Below, one piece after another: positions 1-8,412 of a DNA stretch of 64,000 bases; position 1 is the stretch's first letter; the number at the start of each line of letters is the position of its first letter. This stretch comes from Candidatus Latescibacterota bacterium. GTDB lineage: Bacteria; Latescibacterota; UBA2968. The notes beneath the pieces were generated by a model, which saw nothing but the letters and a program-made list of their open reading frames with translations, was not told the DNA's origin and made no database searches. Made by a program: the position numbers and the translations under genes. The stretch spans positions 896,001 to 960,000 of the forward strand of contig OZ244960.1 of assembly GCA_965222605.1 (NCBI GenBank). Reading direction: 5' to 3'.

Positions 1-1488
1 TACATCTTCAATTCCGTAGATGGCTTTCTCAACTTCGTCAAGCAGGGCAACCGTTATGTCGAATGCTCCGATAGCAGCACCAGCACCACCGGGACCTGTC
101 CCGACGGAACGGAAATTACCGGGCCTGTCCTCATCTATTTGCAGCAATCCGGCATCGGCGGCCTGAGCGTGGAAGAAGCGGGCACCCAAAATATCCCCCA
201 GCACGAATTGGCCCTTTTTGTGCAGGACAGTTGGCAGCCCTCGAACAAGCTCACACTCAATTACGGCTTGCGCTGGGAGGCACAGATCCAGCCCGATGTG
301 ATCACCGATCCAGACGAGGTCTTCTTCGCCGATTTCATTGGCAAAACTGTCACCAATCAGACGGGTACATACCAATTCCCCTCCAATGGCAAAATCCCTT
401 CTGCCTGGGATATGTTCCAGCCGCGGCTGGGCATAGCTTACGATGTACACGGCGACAATAAGACCCTGTTGCGGGGCAGCGCCGGGATCTACTACGCCCG
501 CATTCCGGGCTTGAACGTAGCCAGCACCCGCTCGACCAATGGCTCGCGCGGGCAATCCATCTTCCGCTCCAGCGCACTGACGCCCGTATTGGGTCCGCCC
601 CCGACCTACGGCGAATTGTTGCCCGCGCCCACAGGAGATCCCTTCCGCCCCAATATCTTTGTCTTCGACCAAAATTTTAAAAACCCCCGCACCATCAGCA
701 CGCATGTGGGCCTTGAACGCGAGTTGCATGCAAAGGGGGTAGTCGGTACCTTCGGTTATACATACTCCCGCGCCGACAATCTAACGCGCTTTGTCAACCA
801 CAACGATGCGGTCTTCAATTCACCCTGGTCAACGGGTTCAGGTCCCGATGGTATCAACGGCATCGGCGACTTGGCCGTGGTCGAGAGCACAGCTAAATCG
901 CGCTACCACGGCATCAGCTTTGGGCTGCGCCAGATGGTGCAAGACAATTTCCAGTTCCAGATGAATTATACCCTGTCGTGGGACAAATCCGACGACGACA
1001 ACGAGCGAGATCCCTTCACCTTCCGCTACGTCGATGCAACGCAATTGGACCGCGAGTGGGGCTATTCAGACCGCGACCAGCGCCACCGCTTCAATCTGTG
1101 GACCCTTTCCAAATTGCCCGGCGATATATCCCTCAACAATCGCGTAAGCTACTATTCGGCACAACCGACCTCCGCATCCTGCACGGGCAAGCCCACGATT
1201 AACCCCTGGGGCGCGACCTCTGACCGTATATGCGCCGACGGCAACATTATCCAGCGCAACACCCTCCGCAAAGACAATGCGTTTTTCTCATGGGACATGC
1301 GCCTGTCGCGCCCCATCCCACTCGGCAACGGCCAGTTGGAAGCCATCGCTGAGGTCTTCAACCTGCTCAACACAGACAACTTCCGCGACCCCTCCAGCGC
1401 GGGCTTACTATTCAACTTTGACGGCACCGTCCAATCTGGCCTCGGCGACCCACGCGAAGTACAAATCGGCATACGCTACGTTTTTTGA
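1..1488 (+). CDS. TonB-dependent receptor (Oar-like), 5'-truncated by window edge
   Basis: Frame is open from base 1 (YIFNSVDGFL...). Motifs LFVQDSW..LTLNYGLRWE, FQPRLGIAYD, AEVFNLLN and a C-terminal ..PREVQIGIRYVF barrel signature ending in F. Confidence 0.9.
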   Translation, partial: YIFNSVDGFLNFVKQGNRYVECSDSSTSTTGTCPDGTEITGPVLIYLQQSGIGGLSVEEAGTQNIPQHELALFVQDSWQPSNKLTLNYGLRWEAQIQPDVITDPDEVFFADFIGKTVTNQTGTYQFPSNGKIPSAWDMFQPRLGIAYDVHGDNKTLLRGSAGIYYARIPGLNVASTRSTNGSRGQSIFRSSALTPVLGPPPTYGELLPAPTGDPFRPNIFVFDQNFKNPRTISTHVGLERELHAKGVVGTFGYTYSRADNLTRFVNHNDAVFNSPWSTGSGPDGINGIGDLAVVESTAKSRYHGISFGLRQMVQDNFQFQMNYTLSWDKSDDDNERDPFTFRYVDATQLDREWGYSDRDQRHRFNLWTLSKLPGDISLNNRVSYYSAQPTSASCTGKPTINPWGATSDRICADGNIIQRNTLRKDNAFFSWDMRLSRPIPLGNGQLEAIAEVFNLLNTDNFRDPSSAGLLFNFDGTVQSGLGDPREVQIGIRYVF

Positions 1489-1512
1489 TTGCAGTAAGAG
1501 AGGAGATGAAAA

Positions 1513-2127
1513 ATGGGTGAGTTTCAATCAGCGCAACGCGACCCGGAGCCACTTAAGCCTGAAACCTGCTTTACTCACAAGGGCCAACCGACCTCCTTTT
1601 CGGTACTGGACTTCTGGGTCTGGGCAACTTCCGACGTCTTGAACAACATTCTGCGTGGCACGGTCGCGGAATACATCGTAAGTCAGGCCACCAGGGCATG
1701 TGCGCCGGTCCGAGTCGAGTGGGATCCCGTCGATATAACGACACCCGAGGGGATTAAAATCGAAGTCAAGTCAGCCGCTTACCTTCAGTCCTGGCATCAG
1801 GATCGACCATCTGCAATTTCATTCGGTATCGCAAAGACACTTCCCTGGGATCCGAAAACAAACCAGTACGGAGAAACGCAAGTTCGCAGTGCCGATGTGT
1901 ATGTCTTTTGTGTTCTCGCTCATTTGGACGACCAGACCATCAACCCTCTTGAACTGACGCAGTGGGAGTTTTATATTCTACCAACGAGCACGCTTGATTC
2001 TTCTCTTGGGAACCAGAAGACCGTCTCGCTCTCGCGTCTAAAAGGGCTGGGAGTCAGAGCACTGGGTTATGACCAAATCCGCAACGCCGTTCTGAAAGCG
2101 CACAATGATGGACAGAATAGCACATAA
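1513..2127 (+). CDS. hypothetical protein, PD-(D/E)XK restriction-endonuclease-like fold
   Basis: 204 aa; RBS GAGGAG; motif WDPVDI..GIKIEVKS resembles a PD..(D/E)xK nuclease core. Confidence 0.6.
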   Translation: MGEFQSAQRDPEPLKPETCFTHKGQPTSFSVLDFWVWATSDVLNNILRGTVAEYIVSQATRACAPVRVEWDPVDITTPEGIKIEVKSAAYLQSWHQDRPSAISFGIAKTLPWDPKTNQYGETQVRSADVYVFCVLAHLDDQTINPLELTQWEFYILPTSTLDSSLGNQKTVSLSRLKGLGVRALGYDQIRNAVLKAHNDGQNST

Positions 2128-2166
2128 CAACATGGAACTCGTTCGTTACGTTTTTTGACTGTTTGT

Positions 2167-2210
2167 AATCAAATACCTTGACAGAATCTAAAACTCGGCT
2201 ACTTTGCAGT
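2167..2210 (+). promoter_or_regulatory. sigma70-like promoter motif, copy 1 of 3 (others at 3882-3925 and 4602-4637)
   Basis: CCTTGACA-N16/17 (ending TCGGC)-TA(C/T)TT is conserved in three places; TTGACA at 2178, 3893 and 4604. Confidence 0.6.
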
Positions 2211-2307
2211 TTATATGGCGGCTTTAGCAAGCCGGGTAGGTCAAGCGAGTACAGTTCCTCGCTATAAGGGATAGGCCTTTTGCCACGATGCAACAGGGGG
2301 ACCATTT

Positions 2308-2589
2308 ATGGATACGCACGACAATAATTCGACTGATGTCCGGACGATCAAGGCATCGGAGTTCAAGACCAAATGCCTCAAGCTAATGGACGAGGTTGCC
2401 GACAGCGGCACCGAAATTGTCATTACCAAGAATGGCCGACCTGTGTCGCGTCTCGTTCCCTATCGCGAGAAGAATTTTGGCAGGGATCGGGACAAAATTC
2501 GCATTCTCGGCGACATTATTGAACCGATCGGCGTAACGTGGGATGCAGAGAAGGGGAAGACGTGGGAGGAGGAAGATGATACTGCTTGA
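2308..2589 (+). CDS. Phd/YefM family antitoxin
   Basis: IKASEFKTKCLKLMDEV..EIVITKNGRPVSRLVP is a typical Phd N-terminus; overlaps the downstream PIN gene. Confidence 0.9.
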   Translation: MDTHDNNSTDVRTIKASEFKTKCLKLMDEVADSGTEIVITKNGRPVSRLVPYREKNFGRDRDKIRILGDIIEPIGVTWDAEKGKTWEEEDDTA

Positions 2590-2974
2590 TACCCATGTGC
2601 TACTGTGGCTAAGAACAGGGGACGCTCGACTGGGGCCAATGGCTCGCCGAGTGATTGGTCGTGCAGAAAACGAAGGCGAAGTAGCGGTCTCCGCGATTTC
2701 GTTTTGGGAAACCGCAATGCTACAGGACAAGGGGCGAATTGAAATGAATGAAGATGTTGGTTCATGGCGTCGCTTGCTCCTTGACCAAGGCATTGTCGAG
2801 ATCGCTGTTAACGGCGAAATCGGCATTCGAGCTGTCGGTCTAAGAGACTTCCACGCTGACCCGGCGGATCGTTTGATTGTTGCTACCGCCATGGCCGGAC
2901 ATCAGTTAGTGACGGCAGACCGACGAATTCTCAATTGGTCCGGTACAGTAAACCGCCTCCGAGCCGCGGACTAA
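2576..2974 (+). CDS. vapC: VapC family PIN-domain toxin
   Basis: MILLDTHVLLW..SAISFWE..HADPADRLIVATA..LVTAD PIN motifs; ATG at 2576 overlaps the antitoxin end. Confidence 0.9.
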   Translation: MILLDTHVLLWLRTGDARLGPMARRVIGRAENEGEVAVSAISFWETAMLQDKGRIEMNEDVGSWRRLLLDQGIVEIAVNGEIGIRAVGLRDFHADPADRLIVATAMAGHQLVTADRRILNWSGTVNRLRAAD

Positions 2975-3030
2975 CTTCCGCGCCCCTTCCAGCGCGGACC
3001 TGCTGTTCAACTTTGACGACACCGTGCAGT
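2973..3030 (+). repeat. diverged 58-bp direct copy of the near-3' segment of the TonB receptor gene (1378-1435)
   Basis: Ungapped 49/58 identity; 6 of the 9 mismatches are synonymous in the receptor frame. Confidence 0.85.
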
Positions 3031-3177
3031 TATCTGACTCACCAACTGTGCTACGAACTGTGCTACGAATGACCCATATTTCTAATTCTACGTAACATAT
3101 CTTGTGTCTGATTCGCTTTTGTGCAAGATGATCAATTCAATAGAATTATTGTTTTATAGCTCTATAGCCATCGAATT

Positions 3178-3459
3178 ATGCCTATCAATACCACCCAATG
3201 GGATTCAGCAGAGTACCTCAAAACTGAAGAAGATGTGCAGTTATATCTGGTAGCATGCCTTGAAGAAGCAGGTGATGACCCCGCTTTTATAGCCCATGCA
3301 TTGGGTGTAATCAATCGAGCCAAAAATATGAGTCAGTTCGAGAGCATCAAACAAGGATTAACAGAAGCGATTGAGCACGCGGCAGGCCAGGAAAGTGAAG
3401 CGGTTGTGCATCCCCCACGCCCCCCTGATGTAAAATCTAAAAATAAAAAAGCCCGATGA
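3178..3459 (+). pseudogene. chimeric antitoxin remnant: addiction-module antidote N-terminus fused to an HTH-regulator N-terminal fragment
   Basis: WDSAEYLKTEEDVQLYL..GDDPAFIAHALGVINRAK (HI1420-like antidote lacking its HTH) joined to MSQFESIKQGLTEAIEHA..PPDVK (NadS/YiaG-like start lacking its HTH). Confidence 0.6.
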
Positions 3460-3480
3460 CCAAATAGGTCCCCGGGCTTA
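3445..3480. terminator. hairpin between convergent genes
   Basis: AAAAAAGCCCG-ATGACC-AAATA-GGTC-CCCGGGCTT imperfect stem with an A-tract. Confidence 0.5.
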
Positions 3481-3503
3481 ATAATCCTGGTTTCATCTAC
3501 CAG

Positions 3504-3731
3504 CTATATCTCAGTCAATTCAGGAACATGTTCCTCTTCATATTTCTCAATCAGCACACCAATAACTTCCATCAATGAGGCGAGGGGATGATCTTCATTC
3601 TCGCCTACCACATCAATCAAATCGTCCAGTATAGCCACAAGCCGTTGATATTCGCCCTCTTCATGGGGGACGAACACCACAGAGTTTAGCACGGGCCATA
3701 CATCTTGAGCGGTTTGTATTTCTGCTACCAT
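3504..3731 (-). CDS. HigA-like antitoxin, short form without C-terminal HTH
   Basis: EYQRLVAILDDLIDVVGENEDHPLASLMEVIGVLIEKYEEEH matches the HigA N-terminal domain pattern; lies just downstream of a higB fragment. Confidence 0.7.
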   Translation of the reverse strand: MVAEIQTAQDVWPVLNSVVFVPHEEGEYQRLVAILDDLIDVVGENEDHPLASLMEVIGVLIEKYEEEHVPELTEI

Positions 3732-3734
3732 AAT

Positions 3735-3824
3735 CTACTCTTTCCATTTCTCTTTATCGTACTCATCGTGCATTAGAACTGCATGAATGTAAATTTTCTG
3801 TGGGTTGTAATGTATTGCTGCGAT
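3735..3824 (-). pseudogene. higB: C-terminal fragment of HigB toxin (not in ORF track)
   Basis: Reverse strand reads IAAIHYNPQKIYIHAVLMHDEYDKEKWKE*, the typical HigB tail; truncated where the Uma2-end repeat starts. Confidence 0.8.
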
Positions 3825-3825
3825 G

Positions 3826-3925
3826 CCCATATTGCAAGGACTCACTTTGAATCTCGACGACATATTTTAAGTGCTCATTGGAATCAAATACCTTGACAAA
3901 AGTTAAAAATCGGCTATTTCTTAGT
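3826..3925 (+). repeat. direct repeat of the Uma2 gene 3' end plus downstream promoter motif (partner 4546-4637)
   Basis: 3826-3874 vs 4546-4594 is 47/49 identical; both copies are followed by CCTTGACA...CGGCTATTT. Confidence 0.9.
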
Positions 3926-4041
3926 TGGATGTAATCAATCGCTTGAGACAAAAATATGAGCCCTTTTACGAGTATCAAACAGAAGCGATTGAACACGCAG
4001 CAGGCCATGCAAGCAACGCATCATCAGAGAGGACGACAACC

Positions 4042-4590
4042 ATGGCTATCCCAAATCCCATCGTCAAATTTACCTACGACGATTACCTGAACACGCCAGA
4101 CGACAAGCGTTACGAACTTCTGGACGGAGAATTGGTTATGCCCCCTGCACCGGGAGAATTTCATCAAAGCGTCTCCATCCAACTGGGGGCAAAACTGTTC
4201 CTATTCACATCTGAACATAGCCTGGGGCGGGTCTATCACGCGCCCTTCGACGTGGTGCTATCGGATATAGATGTGGTGCAACCCGATCTGATCTTCGTCT
4301 CCAATGAGCGTGCGCACATCATCACCCCCGCGAATATTCAGGGCGCGCCGGACCTCGTCGTCGAAATCCTATCCCCTTCCACAGCCGCACGCGACAAGAC
4401 CTTCAAGCGCAGCCTATATGCCAGGCACGGCATAACCGAGTACTGGATGGTCGATCTCACCACAAAAACCATAACAATATTGCGCCTTGGCGAGCGCGGA
4501 TTCGAGGTAGTCGATACCTACGGCGAAGGGGAAATATTGACTTCACCCATATTGCAAGGATTCACTTTGAATCTCGACGAAATATTTTAA
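4042..4590 (+). CDS. Uma2 (DUF820) family endonuclease
   Basis: RYELLDGEL, VVQPDLIFV, GAPDLVVEILSPST, YARHGITEYWMVD; ATG 4042 follows RBS GAGAGG. Confidence 0.92.
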   Translation: MAIPNPIVKFTYDDYLNTPDDKRYELLDGELVMPPAPGEFHQSVSIQLGAKLFLFTSEHSLGRVYHAPFDVVLSDIDVVQPDLIFVSNERAHIITPANIQGAPDLVVEILSPSTAARDKTFKRSLYARHGITEYWMVDLTTKTITILRLGERGFEVVDTYGEGEILTSPILQGFTLNLDEIF

Positions 4591-4622
4591 GTGCCTGATA
4601 GCCTTGACAACATCTAAAAGTT

Positions 4623-4662
4623 CGGCTATTTTGCAATCCCACTGCAAAATAGCCGCTTTTTT
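4623..4662 (+). terminator. intrinsic terminator overlapping the -10 region of promoter-motif copy 3
   Basis: Perfect 13-bp stem CGGCTATTTTGCA/TGCAAAATAGCCG followed by CTTTTTT. Confidence 0.7.
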
Positions 4663-4733
4663 CTACCCAAAATGTATATTACCCGCACTCTTGAGTCCTT
4701 TGTAGCATCTTCCCGATTTCCCATCTCATCTTA

Positions 4734-5702
4734 ATGATACCCGACCTCTTACCCTTAAAACCCTACCTCCGCGAAACCGTCTGGGGGGGACGCAGCCTGG
4801 GGACACACTACAACAAAGCACTTCCCCTAGATGTGCCTATTGGCGAATCGTGGGAAGTCTCGGCATACAAAGGGATGGAAAGCATTGTTGCAGACGGCCC
4901 ACTTGCCGGACAAAACCTCGCCGACCTCGTCGCAACTTATGGCGCAGACCTCCTCGGACAGCGCGTTATCGAGCGTTACGGCACCGAGTTCCCATTGCTG
5001 ATCAAACTCCTCGATGCGCGCGACGACCTCTCCATCCAGGTACACCCCAACGATACCTACACCCGTGCAAAAAACCTGGGCACTTATGGAAAAACAGAAG
5101 CGTGGTACATACTCAAATCAGACCATGGGCGCGTGGCTTGTGGCCTGAAAGACGGCGTTGACAAACACAGCTTTGAATCATCCATCCGCGAAAACCGCGT
5201 ACAGGACACCGTGCAATTCTTCGATGTACAGGAAGGCGATGTGATCTTCGTACCCCCCGGCACAGTACACGCCCTGTGCCAGAACGTCATGATCTACGAA
5301 GTACAGCAATCCAGCGACCTCACCTTTCGCATCTACGACTACAACCGCCCCGGCACCGACGGCAAGCCGCGCGAACTCCACATTGACCGCGCCCTCGACG
5401 TCATCGCCTTTGACGCACCCGCGCCAAAACCGCAACACCACAGCCATCTCGCAACCGACGCAAACACCACACTCATCGGCGCGGAAGACACCGAATACTT
5501 CCGCCTCGAACGCTTCGCCCCTGCAGGCACCATCCAGCACACCTATCCCACATTCGCGGCACTCACCATCCTCACCGGTCAGGCACGACTAAACGAAACC
5601 TTCACCGCTCAAACAGGCGACACTTTCTTCATCCCGGCCAATCGCACCATCACCGTCTCACCTGAAGAACAGGTGGAATATTTGATCTCATCCTGTGGGT
5701 AA
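4734..5702 (+). CDS. manA: class I mannose-6-phosphate isomerase (cupin)
   Basis: VWGG, IGESWEVS, FPLLIKLLDA..LSIQVHP, GKTEAWY, PGTVHA, EVQQSSDLTFRIYDY. Confidence 0.92.
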   Translation: MIPDLLPLKPYLRETVWGGRSLGTHYNKALPLDVPIGESWEVSAYKGMESIVADGPLAGQNLADLVATYGADLLGQRVIERYGTEFPLLIKLLDARDDLSIQVHPNDTYTRAKNLGTYGKTEAWYILKSDHGRVACGLKDGVDKHSFESSIRENRVQDTVQFFDVQEGDVIFVPPGTVHALCQNVMIYEVQQSSDLTFRIYDYNRPGTDGKPRELHIDRALDVIAFDAPAPKPQHHSHLATDANTTLIGAEDTEYFRLERFAPAGTIQHTYPTFAALTILTGQARLNETFTAQTGDTFFIPANRTITVSPEEQVEYLISSCG

Positions 5703-5706
5703 ATCG

Positions 5707-5970
5707 CTAAACCTGTGCTTCGCCGTAGAGGTCAATGCGGGCGCGGAGGGATGGCTTGATGAAAACATCATCGAGGGGCAATTTGGAAAAGGCGTGTGCG
5801 AGAATATCGACCTGCGTGGGCACATCGAGGCGGTAATCGAGAATCAGGCGCTGTTCCCCGCGCACGACACACAGACCACCGGTACCACCCATGAGGTCTT
5901 CGCGGAATAAGGGGATATTCAGGCGATGGGCAAGGGCTTCAAATTCTTGAAGAAGTTGGGAATCGGTCAT
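5707..5970 (-). CDS. small conserved hypothetical protein
   Basis: 87 aa from ATG 5970; GGLCVVRGEQRLILD..ILAHAF resembles an ImmA/IrrE-like N-terminal fold without HEXXH. Confidence 0.6.
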   Translation of the reverse strand: MTDSQLLQEFEALAHRLNIPLFREDLMGGTGGLCVVRGEQRLILDYRLDVPTQVDILAHAFSKLPLDDVFIKPSLRARIDLYGEAQV

Positions 5971-6042
5971 GAGGTAGAAAGTTGAGAGATAGAGGAAGTT
6001 TGTACCTGATATTGCAAATATAGCCAATTAAAAAAAAAGCAC

Positions 6043-6075
6043 AAATGGATCGGCGAAGGCCGGTCCATTTTTTTA
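6043..6075. terminator. terminator hairpin at the end of the DUF2357 gene
   Basis: AAATGGATCGGC-GAAG-GCCGGTCCATTT with A/T tracts on both sides. Confidence 0.65.
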
Positions 6076-7665
6076 TCAAAGAATATGTTCTTTGATATAT
6101 TCTTTCAGAGCAGATAAGGTATTTATATCGCCGGGAAGGAGCGGAAGGCCGCCGATGCCATAAGACAGACTGGTATAAAAAGCGTGAGTCTGATACGCGG
6201 GATCTACCTGAGCGGGAAACAGAACAACAGCACTTTTGAGAATGCGTTGAAAATCCGTGTCTGTAACCTGACCGATAGCGTCCCTATAAGCGTGCATTTT
6301 GTCAATATCTTCGCGCATCGGAATCCACGTCCCATTGTAATCTTCGCGGCGATATTTGGCGTCAAATGCATAAATAGCGCGTTCTCCATTCGCTGTGTGA
6401 ATTTCGATAATTATATCGGGCCTCAGATCATGGGTGAGCGCGCGTCCCGATGTAGTGGTATAGGTCATATTGTAGAGACAACGGATGCGGCACTCGCCGC
6501 GCAGAAGATGTATCGCAGAGGATTCGCCCTGCGCGGGAGAAACGCTCAGACCGCGGTTGGTCAGGTGAAAAAGATTATCGTCACCGATCGGAACAAAGCC
6601 GATATCGCACAGTGTGTGAACCAGCGTAAAAAAGACCCAGTATTCGTAAAGTGTGTGTGTATCGCGATAGGACAGATCAAACGGGCCACCCGTACAGGGC
6701 GCGAGCGCGCGATTGAGATCGCGGATAAGCGCGAAAGCCGTCTGGTAACGCACATCGAGATGAACGGGTATCGTGTCATCGCGTCGCGCAGGTGGCAAAG
6801 GGAGCAAACGCAAGCAGCGATCGACGTGTATTTTCAGGCGATGCCCCAGATCGGTATGTGCGATAGGTCTCGCGCGCCGAGACAAACGCTTTAAGTGTGC
6901 AACGAGATGGCGATTGAGCGGCGTGTCAATATCGGGATGGCGATGGGTTTCGCGCAAATGCGTACAGCCAATACCATCCGCTATGGGAAAGTGTGGGAGA
7001 TCGGTCGCGGTATGTGTCCAGAATTGTGGCGAGCGAATCATGTGGGCAATCGCATTGGGATCGCGGCCCTGCGTGCGATCAACCGCGCGAATGCGTTGAA
7101 CGGTTTTGAGACGGCGGTGCGGGCGTTTGAGAATCGCATGCAAAGTGCGGACGAGTTGATTCAGAAGACGGTCCAGCACCTGATGAAAGTCCAAATTGCT
7201 ACCCCTGTCATCTATCAGACGTGTTGTGATACGGGTTTGATCGGGCAAAAGGTAAACGAGTTCACGGCTGACGCGCTCGAGATCGGCACGCATAACTTGA
7301 TAATGGGTCTCGTAGTTGAGGCGCGATGGACGCACATCGAGTTCGGCATAGAGCAGATCGACATTATCTGAGCGAATGCAAAAACGGATATGCCCCGGAT
7401 GATTGCCCGTAGCGAGCCGTCCCCATAGCGCATATCCATCGCGGAGAAAACCGAGCGTCTCGGCGGGTTGATCGTCGATATAGACCGAGAGATTTTTCCC
7501 ATTGAGCGGACGGATGAGGCAGTTGCACTCGGTGGCTTCAACCAGGTGGTCAGAAACCACATTGCCTTGCACGGGAGAGAGCAAAATGCGGGCGTGGTCG
7601 TTTTCTGCGACAAGACCATCGAATGTCTGCGTGAAAGAAGCGCGGATGTGTTGACCTGAGTCCAT
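6076..7665 (-). CDS. DUF2357 / McrC-like PD-(D/E)XK nuclease
   Basis: DTPLNR, LYEYWVF, LRPDIII..FDAKYR, DIDKMHAYRDAI, IGGLPLLP are hallmark motifs of DUF2357+PDDEXK_7 proteins. Confidence 0.85.
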   Translation of the reverse strand: MDSGQHIRASFTQTFDGLVAENDHARILLSPVQGNVVSDHLVEATECNCLIRPLNGKNLSVYIDDQPAETLGFLRDGYALWGRLATGNHPGHIRFCIRSDNVDLLYAELDVRPSRLNYETHYQVMRADLERVSRELVYLLPDQTRITTRLIDDRGSNLDFHQVLDRLLNQLVRTLHAILKRPHRRLKTVQRIRAVDRTQGRDPNAIAHMIRSPQFWTHTATDLPHFPIADGIGCTHLRETHRHPDIDTPLNRHLVAHLKRLSRRARPIAHTDLGHRLKIHVDRCLRLLPLPPARRDDTIPVHLDVRYQTAFALIRDLNRALAPCTGGPFDLSYRDTHTLYEYWVFFTLVHTLCDIGFVPIGDDNLFHLTNRGLSVSPAQGESSAIHLLRGECRIRCLYNMTYTTTSGRALTHDLRPDIIIEIHTANGERAIYAFDAKYRREDYNGTWIPMREDIDKMHAYRDAIGQVTDTDFQRILKSAVVLFPAQVDPAYQTHAFYTSLSYGIGGLPLLPGDINTLSALKEYIKEHIL

Positions 7666-7735
7666 TGTTCGCGTAGATTTCAGTTTTCAACCATTTTGCG
7701 GAGGTCGCCTTTAAAAAAGAATATAAGGAGGAGTT

Positions 7736-8374
7736 GTGATTCGTGCAATTTTGTGGGACAACGATGGGGTGCTGGTAGATACCGAAGGTCTGTACTTTCA
7801 GGCGGGACATGAGGTATTGGCGACACAAGGTGTTGAACTAACACATAAGGATTTTGCCGAACAGTCGCTAAAAAAAGGACTGAGTGTATTCGATTTTCTG
7901 CCCGTTCAAGATGCTGAATTGATCGAGCAGTTGCGTTTAAAACGCAATGCGCGGTACAGCGCATTATTAGCCAACGGCGTACAGGTCGTGGATGGCGTGG
8001 TAGAAACACTTGAAACATTCTATGGTCGCGTACAAATGGGCATTGTGACGGGTTCTCGCAGAGATCACTTCGACATTGTTCACGCACAGACGAATTTGCT
8101 CCCATTTTTCGATTTTGTGCTCGCAAGAGAAGATTACGAAGAAGCAAAGCCACATCCAGATGCGTATTTAACGGCCATGCGATTACACGGGCTACAACCC
8201 GATGACTGTGTTGTCGTGGAAGATTCTGAGCGCGGATGTATCGCGGCAGCGGCGGCTGGCTTGCGCGTGCTCGCTGTGCCAAATGCGCTGTCGAAATACG
8301 GAGACTTTTCATCTGCGTACAAAATACTGAACTCGGTGCGAGATGTCGTAAATGAGATAGAAAAGTTGGATTGA
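7736..8374 (+). CDS. HAD family phosphatase (beta-PGM/CbbY-like)
   Basis: WDNDGVLVDTE, IVTGS, KPHPDAY, VVEDSERG. Confidence 0.9.
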   Translation: MIRAILWDNDGVLVDTEGLYFQAGHEVLATQGVELTHKDFAEQSLKKGLSVFDFLPVQDAELIEQLRLKRNARYSALLANGVQVVDGVVETLETFYGRVQMGIVTGSRRDHFDIVHAQTNLLPFFDFVLAREDYEEAKPHPDAYLTAMRLHGLQPDDCVVVEDSERGCIAAAAAGLRVLAVPNALSKYGDFSSAYKILNSVRDVVNEIEKLD

Positions 8375-8412
8375 GTCTATTTTCTATCTCTTAACAAAAT
8401 GAGGTATGTGTA

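Noticed and set aside
3925-4041. N-terminal extension of Uma2 given in the ORF track
   Set aside because: It consists of promoter-repeat sequence and a TEAIEHAAG fragment of another gene; the RBS supports ATG 4042
1490-4662. Integron cassette array
   Set aside because: No intI in the window and I could not identify attC sites with paired R''/R' boxes; the repeats are gene-end copies and promoter-like motifs
6184-8312. ORFs 6184-6894 (+), 6895-7371 (+) and 7680-8312 (-)
   Set aside because: Antisense to well-supported DUF2357 and HAD genes; no recognisable motifs
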